IMG/VR virus record: IMGVR_UViG_3300023175_002562
Location: 1 to 30,018 of that record
Direction: 5' to 3' (one strand)
Source of the DNA: a virus
Lineage: Duplodnaviria; Caudoviricetes
DNA length: 30,018 nucleotides
The notes under the pieces are model-generated. The model ran no database searches. It worked only from the letters and a program-made list of their open reading frames with translations, and was not told the DNA's origin. The translations under genes were made by a program, and so were the position numbers. Of this stretch, positions 16,607-25,400 are shown one piece after another. Numbering within the stretch: position 1 is the stretch's first letter; the number at the start of each line of letters is the position of its first letter.

Positions 16607-17440
16607 CTATGAATAAAAGGCGATTTTACTATTCTTTGAATCTTCCCATCTAACTTTTTTGGTCATTATAAAATCGTTTGATTTTCCAAAAGTAAAGAAA
16701 TCTTCTAGGTCAAATTTATGATGTTCATTTTTCCACCAATCATAATACAAATCTCTACATGGTCCATGCCAATCTCTTGACATTCCCTGATCATCATAAT
16801 CGCTACCAAGGTCGGGATTATTTGTAATCAATGGTATGGAATATGTGTTCCCACCACGAAGAATAAAAACATCCACCATTCCATAGATACTTTTCAATCT
16901 AACATCATTATACTTGATATTTAATTTAAACTTATTTCCAACACAGTGCATCTTAATAAGTTTTTTTGCATAATCACGATTTATTAAACATGGACCAAAT
17001 CCATGATTATAATGAGGTGGATGAAGAAAGAATGGAATTATCTCCCTATTTTCAAATCCCAACTGAATACAATCCCAATTTTCTGGAATATTATTCATCA
17101 AATAATCCCAGTCAAAATTCCAATATTCTATTAAAGATAAATCATAGTCATCTTCCATCATAACCATATATGGATCGTCAGTTGTTTCCAACCAATTTCC
17201 AATCATTTCTAAATGGGTGATTGAATTGGCAACAGCAGGAGATCCATATTTTACTTCTTCATCAAGAACTAAATGTTCCCATTTATCCTGTTCAGTCGAA
17301 AGATATTTTGATGAAGATACTCTATGATAATCTTTTATTCCCCATCTATCAAACTGAGACTCCATGTATTCTCTACGATCAACCCTATGATCCAGATTCA
17401 TATAATATACAGTTGGAAAATTTTTTAATTTATCCATCAA
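16607..17440 (-). CDS. Glycosyltransferase family 25-like
   Basis: YYMNLDHRVDRR, SITH, MEDD and WDCIQLG. Confidence 0.8.
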   Translation of the reverse strand: MMDKLKNFPTVYYMNLDHRVDRREYMESQFDRWGIKDYHRVSSSKYLSTEQDKWEHLVLDEEVKYGSPAVANSITHLEMIGNWLETTDDPYMVMMEDDYDLSLIEYWNFDWDYLMNNIPENWDCIQLGFENREIIPFFLHPPHYNHGFGPCLINRDYAKKLIKMHCVGNKFKLNIKYNDVRLKSIYGMVDVFILRGGNTYSIPLITNNPDLGSDYDDQGMSRDWHGPCRDLYYDWWKNEHHKFDLEDFFTFGKSNDFIMTKKVRWEDSKNSKIAFYS

Positions 17441-18639
17441 TATTCTATGCCCATTTTTTCATTCATATGTTTTTTTGATATACATTTCAATTCTGGTATT
17501 ACGTCAAAGAGTCTTTCTCCCCTTTTATCATCTTCAAAAAAATTATAATCTAAAAATTTTTTAGATTCATATGCATTATTTTTAACAGACATATTCAAAT
17601 CACTGATGACATGTGCAAATAATTTTGAAATGTCCACTCCATATTTCAAACGATATTCTTCAATGTAAGTTTCAAGTTGTTTTGATATTTCCAACCTATA
17701 TGATTTTGGAAGAACAGCAAGAACATTATGTAGAGATGTCTCTAGGGTTAATTCAAAATTACTATAGTTATATCGTTCAGAAATCCACCCAATTTCAATC
17801 AATCTATCTATAATTTTTGGCAACCTAAAGACATTGTAAGAAGAGACTACAATATTTGTATTAACATTAAATTTCTCCTTACTCAATGTAATTAAATTTT
17901 TTTGAACTGTTTTCCAAACTGTACCTTTGCGTATATATTCTGCTCTTTCATCAATCTCATCAATACTCGCAGTAACTTTTAATTTATCTGGATTGAACTT
18001 TCTCCAGTAATCTAAAACAGATTTCCCTTTATAGTTTAGGATTGACATATTGGTGTTATACCAAATATCAATGTCCGTCTTTCCTTCTGAAATAAGTCTA
18101 TCCAAAACATCATAATGTTCATCCATTAGTAATGTTTCCCCTCCAGCAAATTCCATAAATTGCAAATGATCAATGTGCTCATCTAAAAATTTTGGAATGT
18201 TGAGATCTTCGGAACAACTGACAACGACATTATTATTAATTGAACTACTAAACGTTGGACTACATATTCTACATTTAAAATTACACTTATTACTAATTCT
18301 AAAATCCCAAGCCTTTATTTTTACTTCTTTCACAGATCCATCTGGATTTGTTTCTTCTTCAACAGAGTCAAAACAACTACTTAAAACCTCATTGTATTTT
18401 TCTCTAAGACTTTTTTTCCCGTGCCCCTCTTCAAACCTACAAGCCCAACACACCTCTGGAAGAGATTCTTTTAACATTTCCAATCTCAATTTTTTCATAT
18501 TATCACTATTCCATATTTCATCAATACTTTGTTCCTTTATGTTACCAAGAAAAATTGGATTGGAACAACATGGAGACACAACTCCCGATGGGAGAAGTTC
18601 AAGATAAGTCCATGGTATAATACACTGTGGTTTTTTCAT
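17437..18639 (-). CDS. Radical SAM protein with N-terminal SPASM/twitch-like domain
   Basis: N-terminal CIIPW...PCC...GNI...IWNS...CWAC, then CNFKCRIC, AGGE, YNTN and YIRKG. Confidence 0.9.
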   Translation of the reverse strand: MKKPQCIIPWTYLELLPSGVVSPCCSNPIFLGNIKEQSIDEIWNSDNMKKLRLEMLKESLPEVCWACRFEEGHGKKSLREKYNEVLSSCFDSVEEETNPDGSVKEVKIKAWDFRISNKCNFKCRICSPTFSSSINNNVVVSCSEDLNIPKFLDEHIDHLQFMEFAGGETLLMDEHYDVLDRLISEGKTDIDIWYNTNMSILNYKGKSVLDYWRKFNPDKLKVTASIDEIDERAEYIRKGTVWKTVQKNLITLSKEKFNVNTNIVVSSYNVFRLPKIIDRLIEIGWISERYNYSNFELTLETSLHNVLAVLPKSYRLEISKQLETYIEEYRLKYGVDISKLFAHVISDLNMSVKNNAYESKKFLDYNFFEDDKRGERLFDVIPELKCISKKHMNEKMGIEY

Positions 18640-18644
18640 AAATT

Positions 18645-19232
18645 TTAATTAAATACGGACATTTTTTCTAGATTGGGATAGTTTTCATGAGTCCATTTTT
18701 TTGGTTCCTCATTAGAAACTTTTGAAATTTTTTCTAATCCAAGTTTTGCGATCTCGGGAGTCATGTAATAATGATATCCTAATGTATCTATATCTTGCTC
18801 CATCCAAGGAGTATTTGGAGATCTACCATCATATGACATTTTTTTCAGCATATCATAATCACCTTTGTTTTGCAATAAAATCATCCCACCCCTACCTAGA
18901 CTAAGGTGTTTTCTATACTGAAAACTTAGGCACATGAAAGTGTCTTTTATATATCCACCTTTCTTCCAATAGACTGCGGCATCTACAATATTAGTATTGC
19001 CAAGAAAGTAATAGTCTTTCCATTCTTGATATTGAAACTCCCAGTTCAAATTAAGTTTTTCTAGTGTGAAAGGAACTGAAATATAAGTATGAGTTGGTAT
19101 GGTTATATTATTAAAACCACCATGTCTCAGACAAAGTTCTATGGCATGAGTACAACAATCTGTGGCAACGGCATACGGAGATCCATAGAATTCTGCTATT
19201 TCTTTTTCAAATTTTTCAACAGTTTCAAACAT
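18645..19232 (-). CDS. Short DegT/DnrJ/EryC1/StrS aminotransferase-family protein
   Basis: FEKEIAEF, AVATDCCTHAI, DAA, SFQYRKHL (PLP Lys), GRGGMI and GYHYYM; only 195 aa. Confidence 0.82.
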   Translation of the reverse strand: MFETVEKFEKEIAEFYGSPYAVATDCCTHAIELCLRHGGFNNITIPTHTYISVPFTLEKLNLNWEFQYQEWKDYYFLGNTNIVDAAVYWKKGGYIKDTFMCLSFQYRKHLSLGRGGMILLQNKGDYDMLKKMSYDGRSPNTPWMEQDIDTLGYHYYMTPEIAKLGLEKISKVSNEEPKKWTHENYPNLEKMSVFN

Positions 19233-19731
19233 AAGTTCCAGTGATTTGCATTGTATATCTGTGCTCTTTTCCTATATTAGCTGCCATATGTGGTGTGTCG
19301 TTTTTCCATAAAATATAATCCCCACTTTTCCAATTGACTACTGGTGTTTCATCAATCTCAAAATAGTGTCCAGACTTCCAATCTTCTAGGAAGACAACTG
19401 CTCTTCCAACATCATCTGTTGGTTTAAGGTTCATTATTTCCTTATACCTTATAAAAGTATCCCCATGCTCTGGAAGTATTGTTCCTGGTGTCATACAATA
19501 TAAGGTTATTGTAGCATTTTTGAGAGGCACTTTTTTTGCCACATCAAAACACCATCCTGGGAGTTGATGAGATTGATCCCTCATCAATCCAGTATATTTT
19601 TCATAATTATGACCCAAATCTTTCCACCTCTCTAGGGTGTCTTGGTCATTGAAAGGTTTGTTTATATATTCTAGTTCTTTATAATCTAAAATTTGCTGTG
19701 AATTTATTTTCCCTCTGATAACCACAGACAA
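19225..19731 (-). CDS. 2OG-Fe(II)/AspH-like hydroxylase
   Basis: PGTILPEHGD (HxD), distal PHMAAN and RYTMQITG; TTG start. Confidence 0.72.
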   Translation of the reverse strand: MSVVIRGKINSQQILDYKELEYINKPFNDQDTLERWKDLGHNYEKYTGLMRDQSHQLPGWCFDVAKKVPLKNATITLYCMTPGTILPEHGDTFIRYKEIMNLKPTDDVGRAVVFLEDWKSGHYFEIDETPVVNWKSGDYILWKNDTPHMAANIGKEHRYTMQITGTYV

Positions 19732-19765
19732 TCACGATTAAACATATATCAAATTATAGCACACA

Positions 19766-20191
19766 TTAATAAGTTATACACCTAAAAGCACGGTGTTTAA
19801 ATGTATCTGTAGAATAACAACTTCCATTACATCCTGATACCAAATTAAGAAATTGTGGACCTGTGGCAGGGTTATTGAAACTAAAAGCACCACAACAATT
19901 GGTGGACCACCAGATGCCAGAGCAGTCAGGTATGTTCGTTCTATGACAGCGTATCGGATCACATAATTGATCAAGAGTAGGAAGAAACCAATCCCCACAA
20001 GGAGCATTTGCTTCAGCACACGTAATTGCCGAAGTATTACTCCATCCTGCATTAACTGCCGTAGAATCTGGTGCTACTATAATTGCATTACCTTTTCCAT
20101 CACGACACATCAAATTTCCACCAAACATTTCTGTGCCTAATGGTTTTCCAGCAATAAAATGCCAACAAGTTTGTCCTATGATGAATGCCAT
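19766..20191 (-). CDS. Cys-rich DUF1566/C-type-lectin-like protein
   Basis: IVAP, CGDWFLPTLDQL, WWST and RAFRCITY; 12 Cys in 141 aa. Confidence 0.65.
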   Translation of the reverse strand: MAFIIGQTCWHFIAGKPLGTEMFGGNLMCRDGKGNAIIVAPDSTAVNAGWSNTSAITCAEANAPCGDWFLPTLDQLCDPIRCHRTNIPDCSGIWWSTNCCGAFSFNNPATGPQFLNLVSGCNGSCYSTDTFKHRAFRCITY

Positions 20192-20198
20192 TTTTATA

Positions 20199-20639
20199 TT
20201 AGTAAGTTACACATCTAAATGCACGGGTGAGATATGTATCTGTACCATAACAACTTCCATTAAATCCAGTGCTCATTAACACATATTGCGGACCAGTATT
20301 GGCATTGTCGAAACTAAAACCACCACAACAAGTAGAGGACCAATACCTTCCAGTAGGGGCAGTACCACCATCCCATCCCGATTTATTTTCATATCCAGGA
20401 TTCAACAGATCAGTTAGATTTGGAATAAACCAATCCCCACAAGGAATCGCAGTTTCTGCATTAGTTACTGCTGTTTGACCACCCCATGATGTTGTTGCTT
20501 CCGTAGAGGAAGGTGCAACAATAAATGCCACTCCTCCGCCGTTCGTACCTATAAAATGTCCTCCCTCAATACAACAACCAGGTTGTCTAAATGCGGAAGA
20601 AAAAAATTGTCCTTTAGATTGTCCAGCAGTTATTCCCAT
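20199..20639 (-). CDS. Cys-rich DUF1566/C-type-lectin-like protein
   Basis: IVAP, CGDWFIPNLTDL, YWSS and RAFRCVTY; 7 Cys. Tandem paralog of 19766-20191. Confidence 0.65.
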   Translation of the reverse strand: MGITAGQSKGQFFSSAFRQPGCCIEGGHFIGTNGGGVAFIVAPSSTEATTSWGGQTAVTNAETAIPCGDWFIPNLTDLLNPGYENKSGWDGGTAPTGRYWSSTCCGGFSFDNANTGPQYVLMSTGFNGSCYGTDTYLTRAFRCVTY

Positions 20640-20643
20640 TTAA

Positions 20644-21399
20644 CTATTCTCCAACAACATCAAAAAAATCTTTTGGTAAATTACAATCTGTTGCCAATTG
20701 TTTCAATTCTGTTTTTAGTTCAGCAGAAACTAAATCATTTTCAGTAGCGACTGTCCAATCAGATCTGAAATCTGTATATATTCCCAAATCTAATTTTGAA
20801 AGAGAAGATGGGAATGACACTGCAAGAGATGGTCTTGTTGCCATAAGTGATGTAATAAATTGATTATAATTATCCGATCTAAGTACACCCTTTTTAAAAT
20901 TATCCCACAATACAGGAGCAGGAGCAGGAAGTTGATTCTCGGGTACGTACTTATATATTACTTTTTTATTTGTGGTTACTTCAGAATTTATTCTGTGCTG
21001 TGGTTGTACACCACTTCTATATGGAATTCCATACTCGGTAGTATCAGCATCTATAGGAAGAATAACATATCTTCTTTCTCTAGAATACCAAATAACCTTG
21101 TGAGTTTCTGGATCATAATCGTGGTTTAGAGAAACCCAACAATTATTTTCAGCATCAAAAGTGTAATCTTCTCTAGAGTTTAATTCTTCAACTGCTTCCG
21201 ATGGCACATTAACATTTTCAATTACGCGTTTTTGAGTTGGTCTTGTATAAGGACCAGTCCACCCCAGAAGATGAAGTTCTGCGTCATCAATTTCCCTCAA
21301 GTCTCTACGAATAACACCATTTGGAAACTTCCAATAATCTGGAAGACCTTGTGGAGTATTTCCAGAAGGTGGAGAATATAATTTTAGTGCTGATCCCAT
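20644..21399 (-). CDS. Hypothetical late protein
   Basis: 251-aa ORF preceded by TATAAATA and an AAGG SD-like motif; no family recognised with confidence. Confidence 0.7.
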   Translation of the reverse strand: MGSALKLYSPPSGNTPQGLPDYWKFPNGVIRRDLREIDDAELHLLGWTGPYTRPTQKRVIENVNVPSEAVEELNSREDYTFDAENNCWVSLNHDYDPETHKVIWYSRERRYVILPIDADTTEYGIPYRSGVQPQHRINSEVTTNKKVIYKYVPENQLPAPAPVLWDNFKKGVLRSDNYNQFITSLMATRPSLAVSFPSSLSKLDLGIYTDFRSDWTVATENDLVSAELKTELKQLATDCNLPKDFFDVVGE

Positions 21400-21422
21400 A
21401 CCTTTAATTTACACCCTTTAAT

Positions 21423-21430
21423 TATTTATA
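21423..21430 (-). promoter_or_regulatory. T4-type late promoter TATAAATA
   Basis: Exact intergenic match 23 nt upstream of the ATG at 21399. Confidence 0.72.
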
Positions 21431-21433
21431 ATG

Positions 21434-22234
21434 TTATAGTGCAGTTGTTGATAGGTTTCCTGAGTTATCTACTTTTACGCGGAATTGTGATCCGTTATTT
21501 GATGTGAGAATAAGACCTTCACTTTCACTACGACCAACTCGTACATCACCACCAACTACATCAACTTGCAACAATGCTGTATCTGGTGCTGTGGTTCCGA
21601 TGCCAATAGATCCAGCGGCACCAACAACAACTTTAGAATTAAACGATGTATCATTAACTGAGAATAATGTATCTTCGTCTTTTGTAATTGAGAAGTATGA
21701 TTTATCCCCATCAATATCCTCAAAACTTATCATACCACCACTGGAACTATAAGCTCTGATTGCCATGTCTGAGGTTGTACTAATTCCAGTGGAAAGTACA
21801 ATATCATCATTTACATTTAATCTTCCGCCATAACCAAATGTTGTTCCGATGCCAACATTACCAGTAAGAACGGATAAATTGACATACTGAATGTCAGAAG
21901 TAACATCAATAAGAGATGCGGTTATAATTCCAGATGTATTTAAAGTTCCTCCACCAGTGACATTTAATGATCCGGTGACATCCATGTCACCAGAAAGAGT
22001 TATATCACCAGAATAAGTGTTGGTTCCTGTACCAGCAACATTTAGAGTTCCATCAACTGTAGTAATTCCTGTGTTCGTTACCCGAACATATCCACTAAAC
22101 TCACTATTACCACTGACATCAAAATCACCTTGATTGTTTATAGTTTTCCCCGCAGCAACAATTATACCCTGAGTATAAGTAGGTGCCGCAGTTCCATCTT
22201 GACTTACAATGTTATCAACTCTAAGCTCAGACAT
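21434..22234 (-). CDS. Virion structural / fibre-like protein
   Basis: MSELRVDNI N-terminus, G/T/S-rich beta-repeats, GNVGIGT motifs and C-terminal LILTSNNGSQFRVKVDNSGNLST; has a late promoter. Confidence 0.72.
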   Translation of the reverse strand: MSELRVDNIVSQDGTAAPTYTQGIIVAAGKTINNQGDFDVSGNSEFSGYVRVTNTGITTVDGTLNVAGTGTNTYSGDITLSGDMDVTGSLNVTGGGTLNTSGIITASLIDVTSDIQYVNLSVLTGNVGIGTTFGYGGRLNVNDDIVLSTGISTTSDMAIRAYSSSGGMISFEDIDGDKSYFSITKDEDTLFSVNDTSFNSKVVVGAAGSIGIGTTAPDTALLQVDVVGGDVRVGRSESEGLILTSNNGSQFRVKVDNSGNLSTTAL

Positions 22235-22257
22235 TTTTTAATATTGTTCTTTTAGAC

Positions 22258-22265
22258 TATTTATA
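22258..22265 (-). promoter_or_regulatory. T4-type late promoter TATAAATA
   Basis: Exact intergenic match 23 nt upstream of the ATG at 22234. Confidence 0.72.
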
Positions 22266-22286
22266 TAATTGAAATTGATTAAAGAT

Positions 22287-22439
22287 TTAATCTGCTGGTA
22301 ATGGTTCGTTGCCTTCTGATAACCATTCTTGGAATGGTGGGTGATTCGCATTACAAGTCAGACGTATTACACCATCGTCATCGACACGGGCGTAAATAGT
22401 TTCTCCTGAGGAGTTTGTGGTGAAAATTTTGTAGGTCAT
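22287..22439 (-). CDS. 50-aa fibre-associated small protein (possible assembly chaperone)
   Basis: Below the ORF-track cutoff: MTYKIFTTNSSGETIYARVDDDGVIRLTCNANHPPFQEWLSEGNEPLPAD. It has an ATGA overlap with the fibre stop, and its WLxxGNxPxPAD ending is common downstream of fibre genes. Confidence 0.7.
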   Translation of the reverse strand: MTYKIFTTNSSGETIYARVDDDGVIRLTCNANHPPFQEWLSEGNEPLPAD

Positions 22440-25400
22440 AGTTCTGCACTCCAGGCGAGGTATCCGTTATCGGTTTGTGCGATGGCTTTTGCTCCTTGTC
22501 CTGCTGTCAATCCACTTGAAACTGTAAAATTAAAGTCTGCGCCTTCAGTGGAAGCATAATCAAAACTCGGCACTACACTGCAAGTGGCATTCGAAGCGAG
22601 GTAGTTTATTGAATAGTCACCGGCAGACCCTGAAGTCTCAATCGATGTCGGTGCAGCTCTTAGGGGCACTGGGAACGTTGTAAATGCGTGAGTAAGGGTA
22701 GTGTTACGGTTGTAACCCATTGCAAAGGAACGATACTGCCCAGGTTGAGTTTTGTAGTAATAACGCTGACACCTTGCCAACTCATCGCCATAGATTCTGT
22801 GCTCAAAGGAACTTCTTTGATTACCTATTTCCAACTGTACTCCAGTAATATACCACTCATTAGAAGTACTGTCGCAAATATTTGTTCCTCCATATGCACG
22901 TGATCTATTAGCAGAAGTATTCCAAGAAGTATTTAATTCTTGAGTAAGGAATGGGAATTCTAAAGGATTACCACCATCATAATCTTGACCAGCACCCAAC
23001 CACCAATGAACGGAAAATTCATCAGAATTATCATTTGCCAAGGTTGATGCCGTATCTCCATCAATTGTGATTGTTTTTTGTTCCCAAGTGTCCGCAGAAT
23101 CAATAGTATAAGTTTGTGATTGTTGACGTGTATTTCCTTGTTGGAAGAATTCGCAAATGTAAGTTCCAGTCTTACTTGATCTTACCCAGAATGAAAGAGT
23201 TACTTGTAAAGCATCAGAAATTCCATATTTAAATTGTTGTACATTGTATCCCTCAATTTTTTGTGCTATGTAAAAATAATCCTCGTCTGCTGGGGAGGCA
23301 TCTGCTGTTGTACAGTCTATCTTCAGAGAATTAACAAATCCATCTGGAGCAGTTGTTGTTTGACTAGCACCAACAACACCCAAATTATTGAAATTTATTT
23401 CAAATCTATCAGTCTGATACTCAGAGTATGACGCTCCAGAAACAGATGTCACTTCACCAAGACTATATCTTTGAGAAATTGTTTGTGCTCCATTGATTAT
23501 AATGTTTCTATTAGATAATGCGCCAGTAGATCCAACTTCTGTAGAATTAATTGTATTGACTTCTAAAGAATCTGCATATAAGTTATTTGTGGTTACAATT
23601 CCTGCATGGAATTTCTTTGTATTGGTGGTTAGTGCTGCTGCCGATGGATTAGTTGTTCCGACACCAACGTCACCATCAACATTAACTATAAATGCCGTTC
23701 CAAAATTAGTGTCCATTACACTAAACAATGTGTAAACAGACTCTTTAGGAGTTTTAGATATAGAGAAGAACTGTTCATTATCAATTGGATCTTCAAAACT
23801 TAAAGAACCAGATCTTTGATTATCAATACCAGCTTCATAGGCAACAAGTTGCATCGCATCTTTAAAAGTACCTCCAACAGAGGTAGTTACAATAAGTCTG
23901 TCAGTTTCAACCGTAGTTGCTGCTCCGACATATTCTGCTGGAAAAAGATCAACAATATTTGTCTTAAACGTTGTTCCCGTAGATATTGTTACAGTTGATC
24001 CAGTGGAAATAGTAATTGATTCCGACTTAGTGAATACTTGGTTATCGTGACTAGAATCAGTTTCTACAGTGTATGTTCCAGAAGGGAACGTTAATATATT
24101 AGGTTCATGATAAATTCTAAATAATGGATTTGTTGAATCTAAACTTAATGAAGTTGAAAATCCATTCGTATTAAGTTTACTACCATCACCAGAAAAACTG
24201 GTTGCCTTTATCTCACCACTCACATCAAGTGCAACTGTTGGAAGAGTAGACCCAATTCCAACACTTGCTATGCCAGTTGCTCCACCAAATATAATATTAG
24301 CGTCTGTTGTTACACCAAGAATTTGTGCATCATTGGTGTCAACTATTTCAAAAATTGTAGAGTCTGTATCACTACCATCAACACTAAAAATTTCTGTTCC
24401 ATTATCGGCACTAACCGAAATATCTTTTGATACTAGATTACCATAGAAAGTGGTGTCAGTAACGATACCAGACTTTGAAGTTACAATGCCCGAATCTACT
24501 TTAACTCCATTCAAATTGCTCTCACCAACAACATGAAATTTAGATGTTGGACTAATAGTCCCTACACCAACATTATCATTTGTTCCATAAGGTGCTAATT
24601 GAATCGTACCATCAGCGTCTACATCAATAGAAGGAACACCACCACCATCATTGACTGAGAAAAGACTGCCAGAAGTCAGGTTATTCGTAAGTGAAAATAA
24701 TTGACCGGCACTAGCCTCCCAAGACAAAGTTCCATTATCAGTCGTATATGCTCTTTGAGTAATTCTCTGTGTGCTTCCGGCACCAGAAGTAGAAACTAAA
24801 AACTCATCAACAACATGTAAAGTTGACTGTGGGGAATCTGTTCCAATACCCATCCTCGTGGTTGATGGGTTGAAGACGAAACTCTCGGTAGAAACTCCGA
24901 CAACATCAGTAGAAGATGTTCCAACATAGAATGGAATGAACTGAGACTGGTTCGTTGTGTTTTCTGTTGGTGTTGTTCCGGCAGAAACTCCAGTCAGAGC
25001 AGATCCATCACCCTCAAAGGAAGTGGCGGTTATGATGCCAGTGATACTGATATTGCCAGTACCATCTATATTGTTACTATTAAGGTCTAAGTTTCCACCA
25101 AGTTGTGGTGTAGTATCTTCTACAAGATTGGATATTCCACCAGTTCCGGCAACACCAGTTATTCCAGATCCATCACCTACAAAAGATGTTGCGGTGATAA
25201 TCCCAGTAATATCAATATTACCAGTGCCATCTATATTAAAACTGTTAAGATCTAAGTTTCCACCTAATTGTGGTGTAGTGTCTTCTACAACACTACTAAT
25301 TCCAGCAGTAATACCAGTCAGAGCAGAACCATCACCAGAAAAACTGGTTGCCTTTACCGTTCCATTAACATCTAGTTTTGCCGTGGCAAGTGTTGTTCCG

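Noticed and set aside
19753-19761. Extended -10 (TGCTATAAT) upstream of the hydroxylase gene, and a similar TATAAT near 13522
   Set aside because: There is no recognisable -35, and the very AT-rich context makes chance matches likely, so neither was reported as a feature.
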